Shown: positions 22,880 through 35,500 of the stretch, piece after piece
Position numbering within the stretch: position 1 is the stretch's first letter
How the letters are laid out: every line of letters begins with the position of its first letter
Source: Squalus acanthias
Taxonomy: Eukaryota
Assembly (NCBI GenBank): GCA_030390025.1
Contig: CM059452.1
Span: 8,432,001-8,496,000 of the forward strand
Direction of reading: 5' to 3'
Length of the DNA stretch: 64,000 nucleotides
Notes under the pieces: generated by a model
Told to the model about the DNA's origin: nothing
Databases searched by the model: none
The model's input: only the letters and a program-made list of their open reading frames with translations
Translations under genes and position numbers: made by a program

Positions 22880-23630
22880 AAACTGTGAAAAGCAGAGAAG
22901 TTATGTTCAACTTCTATACAACTTTGTTTAGACCAGACTTAGAGTACTGTGTACAGGTCTGGTCTCCATATCACACTTAGAGCACTGTGTACAGGTCTGG
23001 TCTCCATATCACACTTAGAGCACTGTGCACAGGTCTGGTCTCCATATCGCACTTAGAGCACTGTGCACAGGTCTGGTCTCCATATCATACTGAGAGTACT
23101 GTGTACAGGTCTGGTTTCCATATTATAAGAATGATACAGAGGCACTGGAGAAGTGCAAAACTGATTGACAAGGACGAACACAGAACTGAAAAATTGTAAC
23201 TGTCAAGAATGATTGAACGGGCTTGGGATATTTTCTCTAGAAAAGAGAAGGCTGAGGGGTGACCTAATAGGGGTCTTTAAAATTATGAAGGGGTTGAAAG
23301 GTTAGACGTAGCGAAAGTATTTCTGCTTGAGGAGGAGCCCGATACTGGGGGCCATAAATATAAGATAATCACTAATAAATCCAATTGGGAATTCAGGAGA
23401 AACTTCTTTACCCAGAGAGTGGGTAGAATGTGGAACTCGCTACCACAGGGAATGGTTGAGGTGAAAAGCATAGATGCGTTTCAGGGGAATCTAGATAAGT
23501 ACAGGAGGGAGAAAGGAATAGAAGGTTATATTGATGGGGGAGATGAAGTAGGGAGAGAGGAGGCTCATGTGGAGCATAAACACCGACCTGTTGGGCCGAG
23601 TGGCCTGTTTCTGTGTTGTAGATTCTGTGT
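22880..23630 (+). mobile_element. CR1 fragment with an internal 33-bp tandem repeat (about 22940-23125)
   Basis: LVRPDLEYCVQVWSPY motif reiterated; CR1 3' end. Confidence 0.75.
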
Positions 23631-23701
23631 AAAAAACGCTTTAAAGTTCTTAATTGTTTGGATTGCAACAAATAATCCCAATAAAATGTATTTTCTTGCA
23701 G

Positions 23702-24010
23702 ATCTTGTGGTACATCATCCAACTGTGATCCTCACCCTGAGTTCCAGTGAAGAAATCATCAGCAGCAGGTCTGCAACCGCCGTGTGTTCAATCATCGATT
23801 TCCATCCAAAGGCAATGACCGTGAATTGGCTGAAGAATGGACAGCTCATGGATTCGGGCTTCGTCACCTCTCCCGTCTTTGAAGTGAACGGGAACTTCTC
23901 GGCGACCAGTCGGCTGACATTCACCGCCGGGCAATGGTTCGCCGGCTCGGTCTATACCTGCCAGGTCTCTCATAAAGGGTTCACCCAAAGCCGAAACATC
24001 ACCAGATCCG
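23702..24010 (+). CDS. IGHM: IgM Cmu2 exon
   Basis: [67 protein letters not shown]; ag/gt, phase 1. Confidence 0.95.
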
Positions 24011-24064
24011 GTAACAGACACCAGGCAGTTCCAGATAATTCTGAGCGCCGCACTCAGTCAGGAG

Positions 24065-24670
24065 TCATAAAAGCACAGAAGGATGTCATTCGGCTCATCG
24101 AGTCCGTGCCGGCTCTCTGTTGAGCAATCCAGTCAGTCCCATTCCCCAGCTCTATCTCCGTAGCCCTGCAGGTTTATTTCCCTCAAGTGCCTATCCAGTC
24201 TCCCCTTGAAAACATTGAGTGTCTCCGTTTCCACCACTTCCGTTGGCAACGAATTCCATGTTATCATCACTCTCTGCGTAAAAAAGTTTTACCTCACAAC
24301 CCCCCTGTATCTCTTGCCCAAAACCTTAAATCTGTGTCCCCTAGTCCTTGTGCCATCAACTAGTGGGTACAGCCTTTCCCCCTGTAGCCTATCCAAACCC
24401 GTCATAATCTTGTACACTTCTATCAAATCACCCCTCAACCTCCTTTGCTCTAATGAAGATAAATCCATCTTCTCCAAACTGTCCTTGTAGCTAAGATCCC
24501 CCATCCCCGGAACCATTCTGGTAAATCTCCTCTGCACACTCTCAAAGGCTTTCACATCCTTCCTAAAGTGTGGTGACCGGAACTGGACACAATGCTCCAG
24601 TTGTGGCCTGACCAGCGCTTTATAAAGCTTCAGCATAACTTCTCTACTTCTGTACTCAATACATCTATTG
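24065..24670 (-). mobile_element. CR1 fragment
   Basis: LYKALVRPQLEHCVQFRSPHF..RLRGDLIEVYKIM. Confidence 0.85.
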
Positions 24671-24964
24671 TTTTATTGGACTTTTATTGGAATTAGTAAA
24701 AAGCACAGATATATTTCTAATTTCCAATCATACAGTTTGTGTTTTATTCCGATGTCAGTGCTGACTCAGGGTTCCTCACGGTTCAGGATTCCAGCACTTC
24801 GCCAAAGGTTTCCCTCAGCTGTGATGTCAGACAGTGAGTGAGGTGTCCTTAGTCTCAGGTTTATCTTGAGTTGGCTGATCATATTCGGAGCGGCAGTAGG
24901 TGTCTGGGACCCTTTTCCCGTAACTGTCTCGGGACCCACTGCTAGAAAGGACATCTACCCTATT

Positions 24965-25510
24965 TAGAGAACTGCGTTCAATTCTGGGCACCGCCCATCA
25001 GGATGGATATACTGGCTTCAGAGGGTGCAACCCAAATTCACCCGAATCATACCGGGGCTGAAAGGGTTAAATTATGAGGACAGGTTGCACAGAATAGTCT
25101 TGTATTCCTCTGAGTATAGAAGATTAAGAGGTGATCTAATTGAGGTGTTTAAGTTGATAAATGGAATTGATAGGGGAGATAGAGAGAAACTATTTCCTCT
25201 GGTGCGCGAGTCCAGAACAAGGGGCATAACCTTAAAATTAGAACCGAGCCGTTCAGGGGTGATGTCAGGAAGCACTTCTTCACACAAAGGACAGTGGAAA
25301 TCTGGAACTCGCTCCCCCCAAATGCTGTTGAGGCTGGGGGTCAACGGAAAATTTCAAAACAGATATTGATAGATGTTTGTGAGGCAAAGGTATCAAGGGT
25401 TACAGAAACAAGGCAGGTAGATGGTGTTGAGGTGGAGATCAGCCATGATCTCATTGAATGTCGGAACAGGCTGGATGGGCTGAAGGGACTGCTCCTGTTC
25501 CTATGTTGCT
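24965..25510 (+). mobile_element. CR1 fragment
   Basis: RRLRGDLIEVFKLING..IWNSLP. Confidence 0.8.
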
Positions 25511-26208
25511 ATTACTGCCCTGCGGTCATATTTCCTTCTGACTCTCTCACCAGACATGTTAAGTGCTCACTAATGACAGAAATGAACAAACTACTTCACA
25601 TCGGCAATACACATTATTCTCCACCACAAAAGACCCCTTGGAACACCATTCTCCCGACCTTTCACTTCTCCTCTGATGGGGGCTGCAACTGGTTCCTGCA
25701 CATTTTCATCGCCCCCAAAAATCGCAACAAGGCACCAAAAAATTAATTTTGTTTCCTGTTGCACCTAAAATCCTGGACTTCATTTGACACTCGTTTTCAA
25801 CGAGTGTAATTTTCGTGTAGAGCTCTTGACCCTGGGGCGGAACCATTATAATAATCGGAAATGCGTTCGGGCACAAGGATCTACAGACGGGCGTAAAGGA
25901 GCAAGGGATTTCAGGAGGAGCGCTACTCAGTGCGTAAGACAATTGCGCCCGAATGTATTTTTTTTTTACGCCGGGTATTTGCTTCACAGCCCATTACAGG
26001 AGGCTCTGGGAGCAAATACACAGGAAATGTTAAAGAGTCTCCCGGAATCGTTGTCAATTCGTTGTCCTTCCAATAACGATGGTGTTTAAGCAACAACGAG
26101 AGGTTGATGTCTCAAAGGTGATTTATTCTCCCTGAGAGAGTGAAGGCTGAATACTGGTGTCCTGATTCTGAAGATGGAGCTTTGCTTGAATTTCATTTCT
26201 GTTCACAG

Positions 26209-26517
26209 ATGAGATCCGATACAACGATCCAGAAATCACTCTTCCGCAACCATCACTAGAACAGGTCTTACTGGAGGCGACGGTGACCTTAACCTGCGTC
26301 GTGTCTAATGCTCCTTATGGAGTCAACGTGTCCTGGACCCGAGAAAAGGAGACTTTGAAATCAGAGATTGCCGTCCAACCCGGAGAGGCTCCCAACAGCG
26401 TGATCAGCAACTTAAACATCTCGACACAAGCCTGGTTGAGTGGGGATAAGTTCTACTGCGTGGTGAGCCATCAGGATATGCCGACTCCTATAAGAGAATC
26501 CATCCACAAGGAAAAAG
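26209..26517 (+). CDS. IGHM: IgM Cmu3 exon
   Basis: [65 protein letters not shown]; ag/gt, phase 1. Confidence 0.95.
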
Positions 26518-27034
26518 GTGAGCGGTGAGATTGTAGCAATAAGTGAGATTCTGTGACTATTTCCGGTGCTTGTGCACGGGCCAATTCGTTCTATTAAGTG
26601 TTTTAATGGACTGCTATGATAATTCAATGGGTAATTCCACTAACTAAACCACCTGGACCCCAGATGATGCATTTAAGGGGAAGCTGGATAAATCAATGAG
26701 GGAAAAAGGACTAGAAGGAAGGGTTATTAGGGTTAGATGAAGTAAGGCGGGAGGAGTCTCGTGTGGAGCATAAACAGCGGCATTGACCAGTTGGGCCGAA
26801 TGGTCTGTTTCTGTGATGTAAATTCTATATAATTTTCCAGTCCAACTCTTCAAGCTCCCAGAGAAAAGGATTGGAGTCCCCTTTTCCCCGGGCTGGAAAA
26901 CCGGACAAGACACAGAGGGGAAAAGGGAATCCTTTAAAACTCAGCGCAAAGCACATTTCTCTCACATCTAACCGCCGGTTTCATTGTCTCTGGAATTCTC
27001 CAGTTTATTGACCTTTATTGTGATTGTTCTGCAG

Positions 27035-27459
27035 TTAAAGATCCGCGGGAACCGTCCGTGTCTGTCCTCCTGCCCCCGGCAGAAGAAGTCTCCGCTCAGA
27101 GGTTCGTCAGCCTCACCTGCTTAGTGAGAGGTTTCTCCCCCCGAGAGATCTTCGTCAAGTGGACCGTCAATGACAAGCCGGTGAATTCCGGCAACTACAA
27201 GAACACCGAGGTGATGGCGGAGAACGGCAGCAGTTCCTTCTTCATGTACAGCCTGTTATCCATTGCAGCGGAGGAGTGGGCCAGCGGCGCTTCTTACTCC
27301 TGTGTGGTGGGACATGAAGCGATCCCCTTGAAGATCATCAACAGAACGGTTAATAAATACAGCGGTAAACCCAGTTTTGTCAACATTTCCCTTGTTCTGA
27401 TGGACACCGTCAATTCTTGTCAACTAGAATCTCTCGATTGCATTTCAGTTCTTAAATAA
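27035..27459 (+). CDS. IGHM: IgM Cmu4 exon plus secretory tailpiece (membrane-form donor after 27364)
   Basis: [97 protein letters not shown]; aataaa at about 27455 and 27465. Confidence 0.95.
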
Positions 27460-27867
27460 AAACCAATAAAGGCCTTTTCTTCCAATCGTCAGTTACACAC
27501 ACAGCCGCTCAATTAATTTTGTTTCCCATTTTTGCCAAGGGGAGGGCTGTTTATCTGAAGCAGGATATTTGCCGGTCTCGGGCCCAAGGCTTGTACAGCC
27601 AGCGCTCCCAGCTCAGATACACCACGGGTTAGAGACAGACTGAAGCTCTTTCATGACAGGATTCCTCAAAGTCACTTCAGCAACTTTCCTCCCGCTGGGG
27701 GAATCAAAAAGTTCCCATTTCAGACAAACAAACGCAGCACATTTAGATCTCGGTGTCCCTGTTTCTCGTGCTGTCCATCCCTTCAGAATTGGGGTCAGTT
27801 TTATTTTGCAGCATCACAACCTCTGGGATCTGAAATAAGGACACACATGAACCCTAACTGTAAACTT

Positions 27868-30800
27868 CACTCCCCCACCAGAGAGAGGGGAAAGGGCAAT
27901 TGTTAACCCACTGTACCCCCACTCCTCCACCAGAGAGAGGTGAAAGGGCAATTGTTAACCCACTGTAACCCCACTCCCCCACCAGAGAGAGGGGAAAGGG
28001 CAATTGTTAACGCACTGTACCCCCACTCCCCCACCAGAGAGAGTGGAAAGGGCAATTGTTAACACACTGTACCCCCACTCCCCCACCAGAGAGAGTGGAA
28101 AGGGCAATTGTTAACCCACTGTACCCCCACTCCCCCACCAGAGAGAGCGGAAAGGGCTATTGTTAACCCACTGTACCCCCACTCCCCCAACAGAGAGAGG
28201 AGAAAGGGCAATTGTTAACCCACTGTACCCCCACTCCCCCACCAGAGAGAGGGGAAAGGGCAATTGTTAACCCACTCTACCCCCCACTCCCCCACCAGAG
28301 AGAATGGAAAGGGCAATTGTTAACCCACTGTACCCCCCACTCCCCCACCAGAGAGAGGGGAAAGGGCAATTGTTAACCCACTGTACCTCACTCACCCACC
28401 AGAGAGAGGGGAAAGGGCAATTGTTAACCCACTGTACCCCCCCCCCACTCAAGGCGGATAAATCACCTGGACCTGATGGCTTACATCCTAGAGTCTTGAA
28501 GGAAGTGGCGGTAGGGATTGTAGATGCATTGGTAATAATTTTTCAGAACTACCTGGATTCCGCTAATGTCCCGGCAGACTGGAAAACTGCTAATGTAACA
28601 CCCTTATTTAAAAAGGGCAGTAGACAGAAGGCTGGTAACTATAGACCGGTTAGCCTAACATCTGTGGTAGGTAAAATTTTGGAGTCCATTATTAAGGAAA
28701 CAGTAACAGGACATTTGGATAATCATAATTTAATAGGACAAAGTCAGCATGGTTTTACGAAGGGGAAGTCATGTTTGACAAATTTGCTGGAGTTCTTTGA
28801 GGAAGTAACATATAGAGTGGATAAAGGGGAACCAGTAGACGTAGTGTATTTAGACTTCCAAAAGGCATTTGACAAGGTGCCACACAAAAGATTATTGCTA
28901 AAGGTAAAAAATCACGGGATTGGGGGTAATATTCTGGCATGGATAGAGGATTGGCTGTCTAACAGAAAGCAAAGAGTTGGGATAAATGGTTCATTCTCAG
29001 ACTGGCAATCAGTAACTAGTGGTGTTCCACAGGGGTCAGTGCTGGGTCCCCAACTCTTTACAATCTATATTAACGATTTGGAGGAAGGGACCAAGTGTAA
29101 CATATCAAAATTTGCAGATGATACTAAGATGGGAGGGAAAGTAGTGAGTGAGGAGGACATAAAAAACCTGCAATGGGACATAGACAGGCTAAGTAAGTGG
29201 GCAGAGATTTGGCAGATGGAATACAACACTGGAAAGTGTGAGGTGATGCACTTTGGCAGGAAAAATCCTAGAGCAATTTATTATCTTAATGGCAAGAAAC
29301 TGGAGAGTACTGAAGTGCAAAGTGATCTGGGGGTCCTGGTGCACGAAACTCAAAAGGTTAGTATGCAGGTGCAGCAAGTGATTAAGAAGGCAAATGGAAT
29401 GTTGGCTTTCATTGCTAGGGGGATAGAATATAAAAATAGGGAGGTATTGCTTCAGTTGTACAAGGTATTGGTGAGACCGCACCTCGAATACTGCATACAG
29501 TTTTGGTGTCCTTACTTAAGGAAAGACATCCTTGCTCTCGAGGCAGTGCAAAAAAGGTTCACTCGGTTAATCCCGGGGATGAGGGGGTGGTCATATGAGG
29601 AGAGGTTGTGTAGATTGGGACTCTACTCATTGGAGTTCAGAAGAATGAGAGGCCATCTTATTGAAACATATAAGATTGTGAAGGGGTTGGATCGGGTGGA
29701 TGCGGGGAGGTTGTTCCCGATGACGGGTGAGACTAGAACTAGGGGACATAGTCTTAGAATAAGGGGCTGCTCTTTCAAAACTGAGATGAGGAGGAACTAC
29801 TTCACTCAGAGGGTGGTAGGTCCATGGAATATGCTGCCACAAAAAGCTGTAGAAGCTACATCATTAAATAAATTTAAAACAGAAATAGACAGTTTCCTAG
29901 AAGTAAAGGGCATTAAGGGTTACGGGGAGCGGGCAGGAATTTGGACATGAGTCTAGGTTCGGATCGGTCATGGCCCTGTGGGTAGTGGAGCGGGCCCAGG
30001 GACCGTGTAGCCTGATTCTACTCCTATTTCGTGTGTGCAATTCTGTTAGATGCAGGAGATGGTTCTGTGATAGTAGATAGTAGATTGGCGGTTAGGATCA
30101 GATTAGCCATGATCTTATTGAATGGCGGAGCAGGCTCGAGGGGCCGATTGGCCTACTCCTGCTCCTATTTCTTATGTTCTTATGTTCTCCCCCACCCGAG
30201 AGAGGGGAAAGGGCAATTGTTAACCCACTGTACCTCCCACTCCCCCACCAGAGAAAGGGGAAAGGGCAATTGTTAACCCGCTGTACCCCCACTCCCCCAC
30301 CCGAGAGAGGGGAAAGGGCAATTGTTAACCCACCTTACCTCCCACTCCCCCACCAGAGAGAGGGGAAAGGGCAATTGTTAACCCGCTGTACCTCTCACTC
30401 CCCCACCGGAGAGAAGGGAAAGTTCAATTGTTAACACACTGTACCTGCCACTCCCCCGCCAGGGAGAGGGGAAAGGGTAATTGTTAACCCACTGTACCCC
30501 CCACTCCCTCACCAGAGACAGGGAAAGTTCAATTGTTAACCCACTGTACCTCGCACTCCCCCGACAGGGATAGGGGAAAGGGTAATTGTTAACCCACTGT
30601 ACCCACACTCCCTCACCAGAGAGAGGGGAAAGGGCAATTGTGAACCCACTGTACCCCCACTCCCCCACCAGAGAGAGGTGAAAGGGCAATTGTTAACCCA
30701 CTATACCTCCCACTCTCCCATCAGAGAGAGGGATAAGGTCAATTGTTAACCCACTGTACCTCCACTCTCCCATCAGAGAGAGGGATAAGGGCAATTGTTA

Positions 30801-30890
30801 ACCCACTGTACCTCCACTCTCCCATCAGAGAGAGGGAAAATGGCAATTGTTAACCCACTGTACCCCCCACTCCCCCACCAGAGAGAGGAG
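27868..30890. repeat. ~59-bp minisatellite (reverse of 204-1420) split by a CR1 insertion
   Basis: ccccaccagagagaggggaaagggcaattgttaacccactgta units at 27868-28450 and 30188-30890. Confidence 0.95.
28451..30187 (+). mobile_element. Young 5'-truncated CR1 LINE with an uninterrupted RT domain
   Basis: About 500 open codons from KSPGPDGLHP, including NYRPVSLTS, YLDFQKAFDKV, GVPQGSVLGP and FADD; cttatgtt-repeat tail. Confidence 0.93.
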
Positions 30891-31449
30891 AGGTGAACCA
30901 ATCTCAATTATATAAAGTCAGTTGCCATCTGTAGAAAGTCAGCTTCTAACTCAATGTCCGAAAACATTAAACTTGCCGCATGGAAATCATGTTGTGATAT
31001 AAATATTTAGTCAAAATATTATCTTTAACAAGTGTTTGGAGTAAACCTGTCCCTGTTATTCGTAAACTAACAGATTGAATTTTAACAGTCCAAATCTAAC
31101 TGGTGATTGAATCCTGTGCGGGTTTCTCACGGTTGTGTCCCTGATGGTTCTGAGGCCCATCGGTTGAATTGTTGCATTCCATCGGTTGACGTCACATTGC
31201 GTCTCACACAGAACACATTTACACAGAGCGGGGAAGAATGCGTGTAAAAGTGAGTGTGTCTGTGCTTATGTGGAAGTGTGTTTGCGATTTTGTATGAGTG
31301 TGTGTGTTTTTGTGTAAGTGCACACTTACACACAAGCACACAGAGACTTACACATGACCACACACATTAACACACTGACACAGTATATTACACATACCCA
31401 GAATATAATACGCAGCGTCATTATCAGACCCAGTTATTGGTACTCTCTG

Positions 31450-31770
31450 AAACTTTGAACAATAGCAAAAATACACACACACACGCTTACACAAAACACA
31501 CACAAACACAAGCATTCACACACACACGCATGCATAAACACAAACAAATACACAATTACACACAAACACACACACATACATGCAAACACACACAGTTGCA
31601 CTTAAATACGCACGCGCTGACACGTAAATATAGACACACACTTACACAAAACACACACACACTTAAACATAAATACACACACACTTACACATCAACACAC
31701 ACATTAACACAGAAACTCAGACTAAACCAAAACAAAAGTTCGTCATACACACAAACACAATCACTAAAGC
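31450..31770. repeat. CA-rich low-complexity microsatellite
   Basis: Degenerate (CA)n. Confidence 0.85.
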
Positions 31771-32408
31771 GCACAAAAAACGTCAGGCTGTCGACGAATG
31801 TAGAATAAAAATGCAGTTTTTACGGACACAGTCTTCAACGATTGTTCTGAATAAATTATTCCTGATAACGTAACATCTCACATTTCTCTATTCTGGTCCT
31901 ACTCATACACTGAATCACTGTTCTTGTTGGAAACTGATACAAGTTAATTTTGTTCAGAGCATTGCCGTAAGAAATAAATAATCAAGATTATAACTCACAT
32001 CTGATCTCTTTCCCAGCCCCCTTGATAGTCTCCAAATAACTATCTGCATAAACCTATCGTTAAAATAATCGATATCAGTCAGCAAACATCCCTCGATATT
32101 TTATCATATTATCCCCGACTGATGGATCGTAGGAAATTGATGCAAAATCAATTAGCGTGTGTCATTGAAGAAAAAATGTCATATTTTCCAACACGGACTA
32201 TAGGAGGATAATAAAGGAAGATCGACTGTGGAGTTAGGAACAGAGATAGATTGCTGAGAGTGATTACATTAACACAAGATATACATTGAAAATTAAATTA
32301 GAGAATAAACTAATAACTTAAGGAAAAGAAAGGAGAATATATAATAATAATATGATATATTGGATTAATAAACGATCTGAATATACTTCCTCCTCTACAT
32401 CCCCGTAG

Positions 32409-32536
32409 ATTCATCAGACCACATCTTGATTGAAGACTATGAGGAAGAGAACGGCAACATCTGGACAACCGCTTCCACATTCATCATCCTGTTCTTCCTG
32501 AGCATTTCTTACAGCGCTGCCGTCACTCTCGTGAAG
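32409..32536 (+). CDS. IGHM: IgM transmembrane exon TM1
   Basis: DSSDHILIEDYEEENGNIWTTASTFIILFFLSISYSAAVTLVK, CART-type TM; ag/gt borders. Confidence 0.95.
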
Positions 32537-32549
32537 GTGAGAAGTGGAA

Positions 32550-35500
32550 GGAGCCGCACCGCGGGATACACTCACTGGAAGGAGACGCGCCGTGGGACAC
32601 ACTCACTGGAAGGAGATGCACCGCGGGACACACTCACTGGAAGGAGACACACTAAAAGGAGGACGGGATCCAGGAGCGAGAACGAGGCCCAGGAGCGAGT
32701 TCGGGACCCAGGAGCGAGGTCGAGGCCCAGGAGCGAGGACGAGGCCCAGGGGCGAGGACGGAGCCCAGGAGCGAGATCGAGGCCCAGGGGCGAGGTCGGA
32801 ACCCAGGAGCGAGAACGGGGCCCAGGAGCGAGGTCGGGACCCAGGAGTGAGGACGGGGCTCAGGAGCGAGGACGAGCCCAGCAGCGAGGTCGAGGTCGAG
32901 GCCCAGGAGTGGCGCAGCGTGGACCAGCAGCGGGGTCGGGGGGACCACACTGCAGCGTGTGAAACCCAGGCAGAGACGACTGCGGGAGGAGGGAGGAGGG
33001 CAGTTGGAGTATGTTTGTGTGTGTGCGCTAGGCCGATGTAGCAGAGCCTGGTCTCCAACCGTCTTGGATCCCCTTGCCATTGGACCAAGATCTTGTTCTG
33101 TCAAGCCCGTGTGGTAGCTGGTGTGCAACGGCCACCCCACATTAAAAGAATTCACGCACAGGCATCTTCCACCCTTTAAAATGAAGCTCGGGACCTGGAA
33201 TGTCAGGACTCTCATGGACAACCCCAACAGCAACACGCCGGAATGCTGTACTGGTATCATTACCCGGGAGCTCAGACGTTTCTACATTGACATCGCTGCC
33301 CTAAGCGAGACCCGGCGGGCAGGGGAAGGCCAGCTCAAGGAGCAAGGCGGTGGTTACACCTTCTTCTGGAAAGGCATACCTGAAGAAGAACGCCGCCTCC
33401 ATGGGATAGGCTTCGCCATGAAAAATGAGCTAGTTGAACGTCTCAGAGACTCCCCTTGTGGAATAAATGAACGCCTCATGATTGTACGGCTCACTCTAGC
33501 CCAGAACCAGCGCGCTATGGTAATCAGTGCCTACGCCCCAACACTGGAAGCCACAGACGAGACCAAAGAGGAATTCTACTTCAGTCTCCAACAATCCCTG
33601 TCCCGAGTCCCAAAGGGCGACAAGCTGATCCTCCTTGGAGACTTCAACACCAGAGTTGGAAAGGACACAGACCTCTGGGGTGGTGTGATTGGCAGAGAGG
33701 GGGTAGGGAAAGCCAACTCCAATGGTACCCCTCCTGACGAAATGCTTAGAACATGGCCTTGTCAAAACCAACACCTTGTTCCATCAGAGAGACAAGTACA
33801 AGGTTTCATGGCAGCACCCTCGCTCCAAGCACTGGCATCTGCTGGACTACGTCATCGTCCGAGCGATGGCCCGCAAGTATATCCATATCACCCGCGCCAT
33901 GACAGGAGCTGACGAATGCTGGACAGACCACCGCCTAATCCGGTCTGTCATCTCCATCAATGTAGCCCCAAAACAGCGGCAGCAACAGAAACAATGCCGC
34001 AGGAAAATCAACGCTGGAGCACTCAAACACCCCGCTGAGAAAGCCCTATTCAGCCTGCGCCTCACAAACAACGTGACGGCTCCCAGTGATGCAGAGACAC
34101 AGAGTGTCCACAGCGCTTGGTCTGCACTCAAGGCCTCCATAATCAGCACATGTGAACAGACGCTCGGTCACTCGACCAGGAAACACCAAGACTGGTTCGA
34201 CGAGAACGACCAGGAGATCCAGGAGCTAATAAGCCGCAAGCACAAGGCATCCTGATCTGGAAACAGCAACAGAACTCGAGAGCAAGAAAGCAGCTCTACA
34301 GACGCCTGAAGGCCGAGGTCCAAATAAACTGGCGACCTAAAGAACAGATGGTGGGTGGAGAAAGCGCAGGAGATCCAGCAGCTAGCCGACAACCACGACG
34401 TGCGTGGATTCTTTCGCGCAGTCAAGACCACCTAAGGCCCAAGCACCCAAGGTCCTACCCCACTGCGGGCCAAGAACAGAGACGTACTCATCAAGGACAG
34501 AGAGGCAGTCAGTGCCCGCTGGAAGGAGCACTTCGAAGATTTCCTTAACCGAGACTCTGTCTTCAACGCGAGTGTCCTCAACTCCATCCCGCAGCATGCT
34601 ACCCGCCACCACCTCAGCACAACCCCAGCCCGGCATGAGGTTGAAAAGGCCATCCGACAACTGAAGAACAACAAGGCCTCAGGAGCAGATGGAATCCCAC
34701 CGAGGCGCTGAAGCATGGCGGAGAAGCACTATTGGTGCGAATACATGAACTCATTTCTCTTATTTGGAAGAAGGAGGGCATGCCAGGGGATCTCAGAGAC
34801 GCCGTAATGGTGACCATCTTCAAGAAAGGTGACAAGTCCGATTGCGGTAATTACAGAGGAGTCTCCCTGCTGACTGCCACAGGGAAAGTCATCACAAGAA
34901 TCCTCCTCAATCGCCTTCTCCCAGTGGCTGAAGAGCTCCTCCCAGAGTCGCAATGAGGATTCCGCCCACTAAGGGGCACAATGGACATGATCTTCACCGC
35001 GCGTCAACTACAAGAGAAATGCAGGGAACAGCACCAACCGCTGTACATGGCCTTCTTTGACCTCACAAAGGCCTTCGACACCATCAACCGTGAGGGATTA
35101 TGGAGTGTCCTCCTCAAATTCGGCTGCCCTCAAAAGTTTGTCACCATCCTCTGCCTGCTTCACGACGACATGCAAGCCAGTGATCCTGACCAACGGATCT
35201 ACCACAGACCTAATTCACGTACGACGGGGTCAAGCAAGGCTGTGTCATCGTACCAACGCGCTTCTCGATCTTCCTGGCTGCAATGCTCCATCTCACCCTC
35301 AGTAAGCTCCCCGCTAGAGTGGAGCTAATCTACAGAACAAACGGAAAACTGTTCAACCTCCGTCGCCTCCAGTCCAGATCCAAGGTCGTCCCATCCTCTG
35401 TCATTGAATTACAGTATGCAGACGACGCTTGCGTCTGCGCACACTCTGAGGCCGAACTCCAAACCATCGTCAACACCTTCACCGAAGCATATGAGAGCAT

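Noticed and set aside
23419-24123. 234-aa LINE-Cmu2 fusion ORF
   Set aside because: Intronic CR1 remnant that happens to be in frame with the Cmu2 exon, which has its own acceptor at 23701
22556-27459. IgW, IgNAR or TCR constant region
   Set aside because: Four C1-set domains with shark mu motifs, a mu-type tailpiece and a KVK cytoplasmic tail indicate IgM
28304-29950. Autonomous 548-aa RT gene
   Set aside because: 5'-truncated CR1 lacking the endonuclease; the ATG comes from the flanking minisatellite
27868-30890. Class-switch (S) region
   Set aside because: It lies downstream of Cmu4, is G-rich on the template strand and lacks AGCT-type repeats
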